Source: Fimbriosthenelais zetlandica (Eukaryota). Taken from it: a stretch of DNA of 64,000 nucleotides. The stretch covers positions 44,578,001 to 44,642,000 of the forward strand of contig OZ365110.1 of NCBI GenBank assembly GCA_977030845.1, in the 5' to 3' direction. Positions 1 to 12,700 of this stretch are shown piece by piece; position 1 is the first letter of the stretch, and each line of letters starts with the position of its first letter. Below the pieces are notes generated by a model that made no database searches, was not told the origin of the DNA, and was given only the letters and a program-made list of their open reading frames with translations. The position numbers and the translations under genes are program-made.

Positions 1-167
1 GAAAAGAGCAAGGTCCCCACTTCAATGCGTCCGTATATTCTTGACTCTCTCATGAATAATTATTATTGGAAAAATTATCTTACTTTGTGGATAAATAAAG
101 AAAACGCTTAAGATAGTTAATATTGCTTATAAATATATGTAGCTAATTCATAACATGATTATTCCAG

Positions 168-1866
168 TGCTGATGAAACATTATGGAAGCGAGTCGATTT
201 AGCTAAGAGGATGTTGAGACCAGGCGTCTTGGAGCGGGTTCTAGACAGGGGCGTGGTCATTTTACGACTGGCAAGGGCTGAGGTGAGATTAAAAGAGTAC
301 CTTTCGCTAAGTTAAATTTTGAATACACTTTTATCTTATTAATCAATATTAATCATATTAATTAATATATCATTTATAATTATTTCAGATCAAGGGCCCT
401 TTATTTGTTGAGAACCCCTATATTCAACAACCGAGGTAATTGTACACATATTTTTCTATTTAACTTGAAAGAATTATAAAAAAGAATATTCCTTGCGCTA
501 ATCTTCAAAAACCTTCAACTAGACATGGGTTTTTTTTCAGGTATTCTAAATTACAGTATTTGGATCTTTCCATGGCAACAGCATCAACAGAGGACCTGGC
601 AGAGTTGTTATCTACTTGTTATCATCTCCGCAAACTCTCCTTAGAAAACTGTGATGTCAATGACACAATATGCAGGTCAGAGTTATTTTCCTAAACTGAA
701 TTGATGGTTAGCAAATATTTAATTCTTGAACAACTCTTGAACTAGTAGATTAGCATTTTCCAGATATGTTATGTCCAGCATGTCCAGATATATAGAGGTT
801 ACTATCATTATTGCAGGTACATTGGCCAAAATAGGGACCTGGAAGTGCTCAATATGTGTATGTGCCAAGGAATCACAGAAAATGGACTTGTACCTATATG
901 CAATAATCTTCAAAGGTGCGTTTCTAAACATCTGAATGCACTGATTTAGCTTGATTATTCTTTAGGATGTCGATTATACATTTAAGGTGCCTATATTTTT
1001 TAAAATTAAAATGAATTTATTTTCCTTCAGACTAGAGGCACTAAATGTTGGCTGGACCAGCATGAGTCGTGGGGCTGTAGTTTATCTGGTCATTTGCTTG
1101 ACGCCTTCCCTGATAAAACTTAACCTATCTGGATGTAGGCAGACACTGTTAGACGAAGGTAAGCCTTCAAACCTTACATAAAGTGATAGATACAAATACT
1201 ATATTTTCACGTATAGCATTGTCTACTATTTTTCCCCTGTCCAGCAGCAAATATCTTTTAGCTATATTTCAGTATGGTTGGCATTACTTGATTGCATGTT
1301 GAGGTTTTAACTATTTTTCTAGATGTGGAAGCTCTGGGTCAAAGTTGTCCTAACCTGAAGGAGTTGGATCTGAGTGATTGTAATAGTCTCACGGCCCAAA
1401 CAGTGGAACATATAGCCTCCATGTTCAGGGGGCTAGAGTATGTGGCTCTCAGTCGCTGCTACCTTGTATCCCCACCCTCCCTACCGTAAGATTTTGTGTA
1501 TATTAATTAATAGAAAAATAAATAAATAAATCACCGAGATACATATGCCATAATACAGAAACGAATCAAGTTAATGGTAATGTTAACAAGATTGCATTTT
1601 AGTAAATTACAAGATTGCATTTTTGTAAATTATTTACAAATGTAAATGATAAAAATGTTCAATTTATCTTCAGGTTACTAGGGAATATCCTGACACTAAT
1701 GGCTGTGGATGTATTTGGCATCCTGAAGGAGAGTGCCCTCATGCAGCTTTGTTCTAGCATGCCCAACATAGAAATTAACAAATACCCATTTTCTGCCATT
1801 GCTCGACCTACTACAGGCATTAGACGGACCTCTATTTGGGGCCTTCGGGTCAGAGAGTTTGTTTGA
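168..1866 (+). CDS. SKP2: S-phase kinase-associated protein 2 (F-box/LRR), 5' part outside window. Exons about 168-282, 389-435, 541-675, 817-915, 1031-1158, 1323-1485, 1674-1866
   Basis: GT-AG exons join in frame: ADETLWKRVDL (post-F-box), LRR repeats (LQYLDLS, LIKLNLSGCR, CPNLKELDLSDC, VALSRCY) and the SKP2-type C-terminus FSAIARPTTG...IWG. Confidence 0.9.
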
Positions 1867-3751
1867 CTATGTTTTGCTAAAAAGACCCCGAATTCCTCAA
1901 AAATCATGTATATCCTGTACTTATGTGTGAACTACATATCGGTATTATGCAAATAGAATCTTGAATAAGAATTTCCATAATGATAATTATCATGTAGAAA
2001 ATGAAGATTTTAACATTACATTGTGTTATGAGAATGTAAAAACTAAAATACATTTAGATGGGCAAGTTGTGTTTTAGGAACTATTTTTTGCATGTATCTG
2101 TTGATTGCTTGTATGACAAAATGGTGCTGACACGTGTGTGCCACTTGTTTAAATACCTCGAGCACAGGGAATTTGAGAGTACATTTGTAGGTGTTTTACA
2201 TTGAACTTGGTTTTACTTGTTCATATAATTATCTCTCACTATTTTTTCCTGAAAATAAGTCCATCTGTTGCTCACGATTCCGTCCATCATGTATTTATTA
2301 AAAATGCTGAACCATTAATTAGAAATAAAATAGTAGGCGGCACATAATTGTATCAAATTATTCCCTCCATCGGTTAAAACCAAAATGGCTGGTGTTGCCC
2401 TCAACCCTTAGAAAATATCCATATATTCTCAACCAACTACGGTATAGTAAATATTTGGGGGCTCTGGCAATGTTAATCTTTGCATATATGCGTGTTCGTT
2501 GCACTGTTTCAAAAGGATTGCAGTTTGAGTGTTGTTGTTAGAGAGTATGCAGCTTGTAAATTAATGTATTTAATGAAGTTTGTTGAGTTTGTTCAATTTC
2601 ACATGGATGACTGTTGTTAATTTTTTATGAATGTCTACAATAAATCATATTTATCTAGAATTGCTTTGCTTATTCTATATTATTAATATTGCTTGAAATG
2701 AATGCAGTGAGTAACATTGGCTAATGTAATTAATCTAGAAACATTTATTCAAATATTGCATCAATTCACTGTTAACAATGTACATGGGAAATCTTCCTAA
2801 TGACTTAGTAGAACTTTATGATTGTATACAGGCTACAGACGCCCACTATTAAATATATTACAATAAAGTTAGCTCGTCAAAGACTTAGTTTTCACAGAAC
2901 ATCAGTGTGACCTTAATGTGAAAAACTTACAGTATGTGACAGTAAACATTCACTGGCAAATCAACATGAGGAATACGTTCTAATCTATACATTATAACCG
3001 CTGTCGAAATCGAAAAAAAAAACATTTCTTCTAATGACTAAGAAAACTTTTGCTGATTACATAGTCAGCATTTGGAAAATTCCTAATAAAACTTACCTTC
3101 TTATGCCAACAATGGGCTAAAATCTTCTTAACAAAGGCATGACCATACAATCTACACGAGTATGTAGTTTTTCCCTGACATGGATCATGTCAGTGAGTTA
3201 TAGTAAGAGGCCAATCTCATTTGAGCCTCGAGTTATAGTCTCAACAAACATTAGAAAAACCTGATCAAAATTGCCATTGACCAGAGAGTAAAAACTAACA
3301 TATCCTCACAGCACCATAATTAGAGGTTTTACTGGCAATTACAAACCAAAGAGGAATAAATTAATGCATCTAGGCTTTCCAAAAAAAGCAAAATCTACAA
3401 CAAGATTAAAATATTTCCTGACGATTATATAAAATCCACTGTTCTTTGGCCCGTCTTGGTAATATCAATATTAAATATTTTTTTCAAAGCTTAAGGTAAG
3501 TGATAGGCTATTTCAGTTCACCGTCCATCATTAGGAATGTGTTAGAATGCAAAATCTACACACACATATACATAAAATATACAAACACCCGGGCTGCCCC
3601 TTGGAATAGCAAATACAATACAGTTTTAGTACTTCGCCTTCTCATCAACTATTACTTCATAATCAGGAAGCTTTTAATTTTTTACGCCTTAATTTTATAC
3701 ATACTGATTGGCGTTGTTACAAAATAACTGTACTGTAGATGCGGAGTCAAC

Positions 3752-6700
3752 CTAGATACGGAAGCTTTTTAATTTGGCCAGGGGTCGGCTGAATAGAGCT
3801 GGTTTGATTTTCGGGTGTCTTTGACCTCCGTTACTTGATTCAATCTCTGGTTCAGGGCAAAGACGAGCATAGATTTCTGGGTGGCACTTCTGGAACTGAA
3901 AGGAAAAATGAGGAATGCATTAGTCCATGAAATCATTATTACATTTGCTCAAAGCTTTTCATATTAAAAGGTATACATTTTTATGGCTGTGATATTTTTA
4001 ATCTATGTGGAATATATATATATTGGGACAATGGGCAGACATTAACCTACCCTTTTCAATCTCCGCTTCTTCTCCTTGGGGTTCATTGTCTTGTCCTTCA
4101 TGATGTCATCGAGCAGCACATTGAGGGCCATGTCCGAGTTGCTCATCCTCTGCTTCTCAAACTGTTCTACTGAGACCTGTGCACAATAAGTTACGCTTGA
4201 GGGAATGTTGTCCCATACTAAGTGGATCTGTAAGTGCCAAATGGGAGAGAAAGCACACAAGGGGTGAAAGGTGCACAAGAACCGCCAAAGCATACACACC
4301 ACTAAATCACCGTCCTGACATTAGGTCAGTCGGTGGTCTGTCAGAACCAGTGTTTGTAAGTGCTGCATCATTTTCATTGTGGGATCTGTATTCTGTTTTT
4401 TCATCGAAAAGGATTCAGAGCCTATAGTTAAAAGTTCAATTTGCATGCCGTTAATATTTCAAAAATTAGAACATTTGCAGCACACACTGGTTTCAACATT
4501 TAGAATAAACTAATTCTACTGACAACACAACCAGCAGGATGATAATTTTATTGTACGATATTATGTAAATTATGTCCATTCTCAACACAGTAATAACTAG
4601 CGTAGTAATAATTAGCAATACTCAAGGTAGATCTTAGTAAATCCAATTTAGCTGGTTAATTCTTGATCATTTACAGCACGGGTAATTACAAACAAATATA
4701 GGACCCGAAGTTCATTAATTGTTAATTTAATTAATGATTAGTTGATTATTCTTACATGCAATCGATATTACCTATAGGTTTTATCATTATTATTATACAT
4801 TATCTTATTTCCTCATATATATACAGTGCAAATATCGAGTAGAGATGTATTAAGGGGGGTATTTGGAAAATTCTTAAAGATGTTCACTAAGACATTGGAT
4901 TAGATCATGATGGACAGATAAATATACAATGTATCAAATATTTATAAAAAGTCAATAAGCAAGCTGGTTGTGTTAAAGTGCTATGTCCCCCAACCCTTGT
5001 TGCTAAACCGCCAAAACCATGCAGAGTGGACATTTATGATTCAGTTAATTGATAACAAGTTTTATCCTGTTTTATCCTCAGAATTTAAATTAAATTAATG
5101 ATCAATGTGTCCATTGTGCATCACCAAAACCTTTTCACATGTAATAGTCACAGGGGAATGGAGTCACAACGCCACCAGGAAAGGAACACACAATTGCAAC
5201 AATATGTGGGCATTAACAAAAATAATGAAAACAGCTTAATTTCGAAAATTCTTAAACTGATTTCATTCGTATTGCTTATCATCGTTTTAACACCCAGAGC
5301 AGAAAACGATAATGCCCACTAAACCATCGCCCGTGTAAGCAAAATATATTCATTCTCACCTTTGACCTTCGCAGGTAAGCGATTCTCTCTTCGATTTGAT
5401 TCTTGAGATCTTCAGGCACCTGAATAAAACAATTTATATGTATCATAGTGAACGTAAGAACCATGTTTAACTCTTTTTATATTGTTGGAAAAGCGATAAC
5501 CACAGATAATAAAATTTGACATGAATACTGGGCCTATCAATTAGGTCTACTGGGGTAGCTTTCTGATGTTGTAAGGGGCCATGTATTGCGAGAAATACTG
5601 CAGAGCGCCTTAAAACATCAAGAACACCCAAAAAGATATATGGTAAAATAATCCGATGAGGATGTAGTAATATTGAGATATGAACCTTCATGATTTCTGA
5701 GTAATTTTCCATCATAAACCAGACAAGTCTGAGCGAGAGGACTTCATCAAAGTCTGCTTCCTCTGAGCTTCTTATGATGCACCGGGTGAAGGTCTGTAGT
5801 ACCTGTTGATGAAATGTGGGGAACATCATTGATTTAACTTTATTAATCAATACAATTTTTATATCAATAAATTATTTATATCAAGACTTAAACACATGAG
5901 ATGATTACTATGATGAATACATGAATTTGAAATTAAACTGGGCGATTATTTTACGACATACACGTATTAGTGAAATATCTCAAACTTACCAGCTCTCTCG
6001 TTGATTCGTCCTCATCCACCACCAACTCTTGGTTCTCCGCCATTTTAACCATAAGACGGAAAAGCAGATGAAGTTTCCGCCGGTTGGGAGGGGGCATCAA
6101 AAGACAGCATATCCGAAGGCACTCAATCAGTCTGGCTTTTGACTGTGGTGCGGATAAGTCTGTGATGAAAATATTAAAAAAAAATGTAGTACCGTTACTT
6201 CATCAAAGACAGAACCGTATAACGGCATTAAATTGGCATTAGGCCTATGTTTTTTTTGTTAAATACAGAGATGGGAATATAGTGTAATGGGTAATTATGC
6301 ACACAAACGGAATGCAAAGAATAGTTATAAATAACAGGGAAAAGTGATTATGATGACACAGAACATAGATTTGGATTAAAAGGTTAAAAGGGAACCAAAA
6401 ATTAAATGAATTAATTAAAGAGATGTGTTACAATTAACTTCTAGTTATATCATCACCGTCAAGCTTGTATGATTCGAGAAATGAAATGACAGATCTTAAT
6501 ATCTTAGCAGAGGAATAATAAAGAGAAAGTAGTGAAAATCTTTTTTTAAAAGAATAAGCACTTCTACGGTTAATGCCATTATTAACTGAAGTCTTATATT
6601 GTTAATAATATAAAGTTAGAAGCATTTAAATATTCAGCTGAATTGCGGAAGGGGAAGGGCTGCGGAAGGGGAAGGCCTGCGGAACTGCGGAAGGGAAGGT

Positions 6701-9700
6701 GAGAGGAAAACAGCCATCAGCCGCTCTTTGCGTTGGGAAAAGGCAGAAGGTGAGTGGACACTAGCAATAAGTTTTAAAATTGAGTTCCTGACTAATTCAG
6801 TAAGAAGCGGGTACTGGAAAAAGTTTCTAAATTCATACAAACGCATTCTCAAAATTTGCGGACGAACCAAGCTGTGCCCTACTGTGCCTCTACCATACTA
6901 CTTATGCACAGTATAATTTATCTTTTAAATATTCTTACTTGGTGAACTCTGACAACGGCGTAGAGTTTGTGATCTGAAAAGGCTCCTCCCCACTGGGGTG
7001 GAATATTTGTGATCACAATCAATGGCTTTTCGGTAAGAACCAGATTCGAAGCGGCGCCGTGATGGGAAGTTAGATTGGTGCTTACCCCGCTGCTCCTGCT
7101 CTTGCTTGCATCTGTAAATCTCCTGTTGTTGTTTCACATAATCCACAGATTGCGATCCGTAGCGATGCCTGTGTGGATCAGGGGTGGGTGGGTGGGATGG
7201 AGCTGTGACATAGGAGCTCCGACTTGAATCCACAGAAGGAGCCGAGTTCTGGTAGATGGATTTGTAGTCGGGTGGTGGAATGTAGGGTGGTGGGTGATGG
7301 TACATGGATTGGGATTGTCTGGAGTAGTCATGGTCACAAGGTATCGGTTGGTTCCACAAGCTTAATTGGTGGCGTTGTATATTGCTCTCTGATAGGTGGC
7401 GTTCTCTGGTATGGTTGGATTTAGGGGTGGTAGACAAGACAACGGTGTAGCCATAAATATCACTACATCCTTGTTGATTGTGCTTTGCCTCTGGTATACT
7501 TGCATAAGATGTCTTATAACTGGAATGTCTGGAGAGTCCATTCTCCTGGTATGGCACTAACCTGTTCACATCATTCGTTGAGAGGCATTTATGTTCATTT
7601 TGGAAGAAGGTCTCATCCATCCCATACATGGGGTCCTTACTCACTGTAGAAGAGTACAAACTGTCTGCTTGGGAGGACAAGCATGTAGAGCTCTTATAGG
7701 TGCTCAGATTCCCTCCAAAACTATGGTATCCCTGTTCCAGATCATCAGAGGTTGATACCACACGGGTACGGGGGGACCCGGCATCCACGCCGAATGAGGT
7801 TTCTAACCTATCAGCTTGTAATGGCATGCTTAGTGTAGAGGGATGCCTCGTTAAACGCCCACTGCTTGCTTCAGATACATTGGGGACTAAGCTTCTAGTG
7901 GAGGCATATTTGGCGGTTCTTGCCCAGCGGAGATCTCTGGCTGTTTGAGAGCGCCGAAGTCCTGGGAAAACTCCGTTAACCCGGGGGTCACATGACCGGG
8001 CAGGGTGGTAGGCCCGGTTAAAATAGGAACCCTTGGGCAGATCCACCTCTTCTTCTTCTTCTCCTTGCTCCTCTTCATCCGAGTTCATTCCGTTCATGGT
8101 TAAATCCATCATGAGATTCTCCACCGAGGCAAATGTGGTAATGCTAGCAGGTACACCCGGTGCTTGATGGCGTGGCTTCCCTGCATTCTCAGCACACACT
8201 GTGAGAAGGAAGAGTAATTATGATACATGCAGGGATATAAAACAACATGCAGACATGCATATAACATGCAGGGAATCTATTATATGATTCTTTTTAACCT
8301 AATGATACAATGTACACTAACTTCTTCATTCTTACTCATCTTAGGTTATTAGATTTAGAACTTACCAAAGACGTTTGTGAACACTTCATACATGCTAAAG
8401 GTGAGGAGTGGCTCCTCTAAACCTTCGAAATAGTCTTTCACAACCTTATAGACGTCTCGTTCAAAACCTGGGTAATCCGGCAGGTTATCCTCGACTTTGT
8501 TGGGCCCTGAAAGAGCAAATGAATTAATTTATGGACAATTAATCAAAGATTCAGCAAGTTAGGCAAGAAATGGAAAACATCTACAAATGCCTGCACCATC
8601 TAATGAGATGCTAGGCCATAACAGAAAGTTATTACAAAGAAAAGATTATTTTCAACTTAGAAATGGTAAGATTTTAAAATTAAATCACTTACAGTGTGCG
8701 AGACATCTCATAGCGGTTAAAACCCAATGAGGAAGCTGATCTGTAAGAAACATGTGTATAAAAATAACATAACAGGTCAACATGTGTAATTGTAATTCAA
8801 GGAAATCTGAGGGCTCAGTTCTTATTGTGAGTGTTAGAGACCTTACCTTCTCTTTTGATATTGGACACCACTCCATTCTTATTGACGTGTGTCATGTTGT
8901 GAATGAGGTTTTGAGCATCCACATAATCTCCATCAAGTATGTCGTCCAGCGAATGCAACTGAAGCAATCTTTGGAGGCTGAAAGAAATATTTGCAATTGC
9001 AATTTAATTATTATTTCTCTATTAATTTCCGAAATAACCTATTTTTAAATAATTAATCAATTAATTTTGCAAATTCCTTAAAAAATTAAGCAACAACTTT
9101 AAATAATTCGATAAATAGTCTAACTCTTTATAACTTGCTGAGAACTTGCATAACATGATCTAAATATCAACGAATTCTATTCCATCAAGTAATTTTTCAA
9201 TTAACTTATTACGAAGCAGTATTTTTAAAATTCCAAAATGTGCGATCCGTAAGTTCTTACTTGGATAAAGTCAATGCCTTCCAGACGTCCTCAGCCTCTC
9301 CATCGCTCAGTTTATTGTTGTTGGCCACCAGATGGCCCTCTGTTAGGTTTGGCTTCTCTGTAGCTGAGGGTTCATTCGCCTTCTCGAAGTCGAGTTTGGC
9401 GGGAAGTAAAGTTGCCGGCTCGCTGGTGTTGACAGAATAGGCACGTGTCGCCAGAGGTGTCCGCGCGGAACGGATAGGTGTACGGGAAATCTTAGCTGGT
9501 GATGTATGGATGAACCTAGAAAAACAGGTTTTAAATCCATAAGACTTAACAGGTCAGACTTATTAAAAGATATATATATATGCCAGAGGGCAATGTCATT
9601 ACCTAGTAAGCCTATAAAAATGTTCAATTTATATTTATAACATCTAAGGAATTGCATTAAAAGAATACACTCTACATACATATTCGACGAATTTCTATAT

Positions 9701-12700
9701 GATTATGAAAAATTACAATTTCTAACAGGATTATACTATTTAATAGTGATTATTCTCTGGAGTTGTACTAACCTGTATAACCGTCCATTTTCACCAATGG
9801 GTTCTTGATGTTTCGTGCCCCGTACATCCTCAAAGACACGGGCCTTCTGGAATTTTTCTAACAGTTGCAGCGTTTGCGTCCTATAAATGGTAAAAAAAAT
9901 AGTCTAAATATCATAAAGGAATATAAGTAAAGATTTCAAAACCTCAAAGCTCACGTTACACAGGTATCACTCCTTACATTGAGCTGGTGCAAACTACAAA
10001 ATGAAGTCAAGTGTAGTGGTTCTCAGTCAAATTCAAACTTCAACTGCACATGAGGACCTTTTCTTGTCATTACTTATCTACTAGACAGATACCGCCCTTT
10101 TCCCCTATTGGTCCATTCGGTGATGTCACAGCAGTGCGCGGCCTGGAGGGAATTTTAAACAACCACCTCTTTCTTCACACTCAAACCTTCAGGTTAACCC
10201 CGACTGTTAACCAAAAGAGCTCAAATAAAAAACTTTCCTCTCTGACAACATAGGGTCGGTGTTTACCGAGTCTTTAAAGTGTAAGATCAGAAAGTTTCTC
10301 ATGAGAATAAGGCCCCAAGGCTTCAACCGCCAGTGTCTCCTTACAGACCTGCTTCAAATGAAGCTTGATTAAAATGACCTCAGGGTCAAAACTTTCTGCA
10401 ACAAGTATCTACCATCCAAAAAGGCCTTTTTATCACCAAGTCTTTTTAAACATACCATGGTATGGCTATGGAGAAGGTACTTTGAATACCAGTATAGGAG
10501 TTTATTATGCAATGATATATATTGTGGCAGTTAAAGCAGAAGTAATAAAACATGTTACAGATCTAACATACGGAGCACACACTGTATAGAGGCAATGCAC
10601 TAAAGTAGTATCTAAACAACAGCATCCTTGAATCAATAATCCCCTTATATAGGGGTAGCCTTACAGCCAAGAGGCAAATATAAGCATAGTCAGAATTTGT
10701 ATTTGAAACTGCACCAACGGCCGCTCTTTTGGGTAGAGCAAATAAACGAGTTAGCAATCAAGGCGGGGGTTTGAAATTTGACAAATATTTCCCAGTACAG
10801 TGGGGCGGACCCTACATAAATTCAAAAAGGTATCCTTTAGTAGGCTTTACTTGTTTCTGCTAAATGGTTCTTGCAATATTTGATTAAATATAACTACTCC
10901 AGTAAACGGCCGGGCTCTCAATACATTATTTAATTTTCCGATGTAGATAAAATCATTTGGCCCACCACATAATGGCATGCTGAGATTTCAATACATTGTA
11001 TAGGCAGGACCGTTAGGAAGAGGAATTCAAGTTCATGAACAGTACCGGAATGGTATACTGTATATGTAAAGCATGAAGGGTTTTTTGTATCCTTGGTTGA
11101 TCATAAATGAATGAGGACAGGTCATGACAGAAAGCCATACGAGTCATCATCATTCATCATGATGAGGTCTGTGGGAAGTAGGAGGGAATGTGTGCGGTGT
11201 TGAGAGAACATACCCCCGTCTGTTTGTTAAGGGTTTATTTCCCCAGGTGAGAGATACACAGGTGAACGTTGACTTAGTCAGTGTAGCACTAAGGTGGCTG
11301 GAAAACAGGTAACTTTGTCACCTGTAGACCCTTAACCTCACCGACACAGCCGGTACCCCCCGGCAAGCAAAAGACTTAATACACCAGACCTAGTAGAGAT
11401 GATGTAAGACTTAATCGTCCCGGGGAAGTCTAATACAGACTTGTTAATAACAGACATAAATCTTTTCCTTGTCAGTAGCAGACCCAGTAGAGAATAAATA
11501 TATAAAGGTCTGTCGTGGATGACAAAGTTTTAACTGAATTAATTGTCATACATGCAGATCTAAATTATAAATGTAACCAACGAGTACTTCTTTTTATACT
11601 CGTTGATGTAACCAGTAAGTCTTCAATGGTCACGTGGATATTAAAATCATGAATTCCCAAACTGAAATACCCACACTAAAAGGTTGGAAACAATGACATG
11701 TCTGTGCTTAATGTTCACCTGGGTGACGGTAAATTTCTATTGTAAAGTCCTTACCCACAGGTCCCCAAGTAAACTAATAAGCACTCAAGTGTGAAATGAA
11801 ACCTTTGAACTCTCGCCCTTCAGGCACAAAGGGGGTAATAGGAACTAATGGCCACCAATCAGTAAGGTGAATCAAAGAAGCATCAAAAGCGAATCACCTC
11901 AACATTCACTCAAAAGATATGAGAAAAGATTCGCTTTAATACAAAATCCAGGCTATATCTAGGATTCTAAATAATATTTCATTGCTCAGATTTCATTGTA
12001 CAGCTAATATGAGCAAGGCAGTCAGTGGCACCTATATGTATTGCAGACGCCATTCCGAATACACACCCTAATCTGTCTGGCTTACCTCGAGTAATTTCGC
12101 CTCACAAAATGACCATTCAATTTTGGCTTGTGTCGGTTGCTATGACAACGAGATACGCCAGATGCAGATGACGAGCAGCAACAGCTGCGCCAGAGCCTGA
12201 GGCTCATCCTCACCTTGAAGAATCACTTTTAAAAGGCTTTGTCTCAAAACTTGTAGGAAAGAGAGCACTTGTTCCTCCAACTGACCAAAAGAATATACTA
12301 GCCTACAGGTGCAAGAGGTTTGTGCCTCCAGGCCTCGCCTTTAAACCAACAGATTATAGAGGCCTAGGGGATTAATGCCAATGGCTGTGGTAAAGGCCAA
12401 GCAAAACCTTAAGGCTCCCCAAACTTTTGTTCCCCATTCTCATGTTCTATGGAAAAGTTTCATACCGTGTCAATGGATATTTCCAATAATTCAAGGCAAT
12501 AAATATACCGAATATTCAGAAGAAATTTCCAAACAGGCAACGAGGTTGGGAAATGATGTTTATGTGAAACGGACCATGTACCGGCACATTGATGGCCTCA
12601 CACTATGAGCTGACGTAAACTTTAAGCCTCTAATATTGCATGTCATGGAGAAATGTTTTACATGCTAATAATAGCGCTTTATAATGCAATAATGAATCAA

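Noticed and set aside
719-931. 70-aa minus-strand ORF
   Set aside because: It overlaps SKP2 exon 817-915 on the opposite strand and has no independent support.
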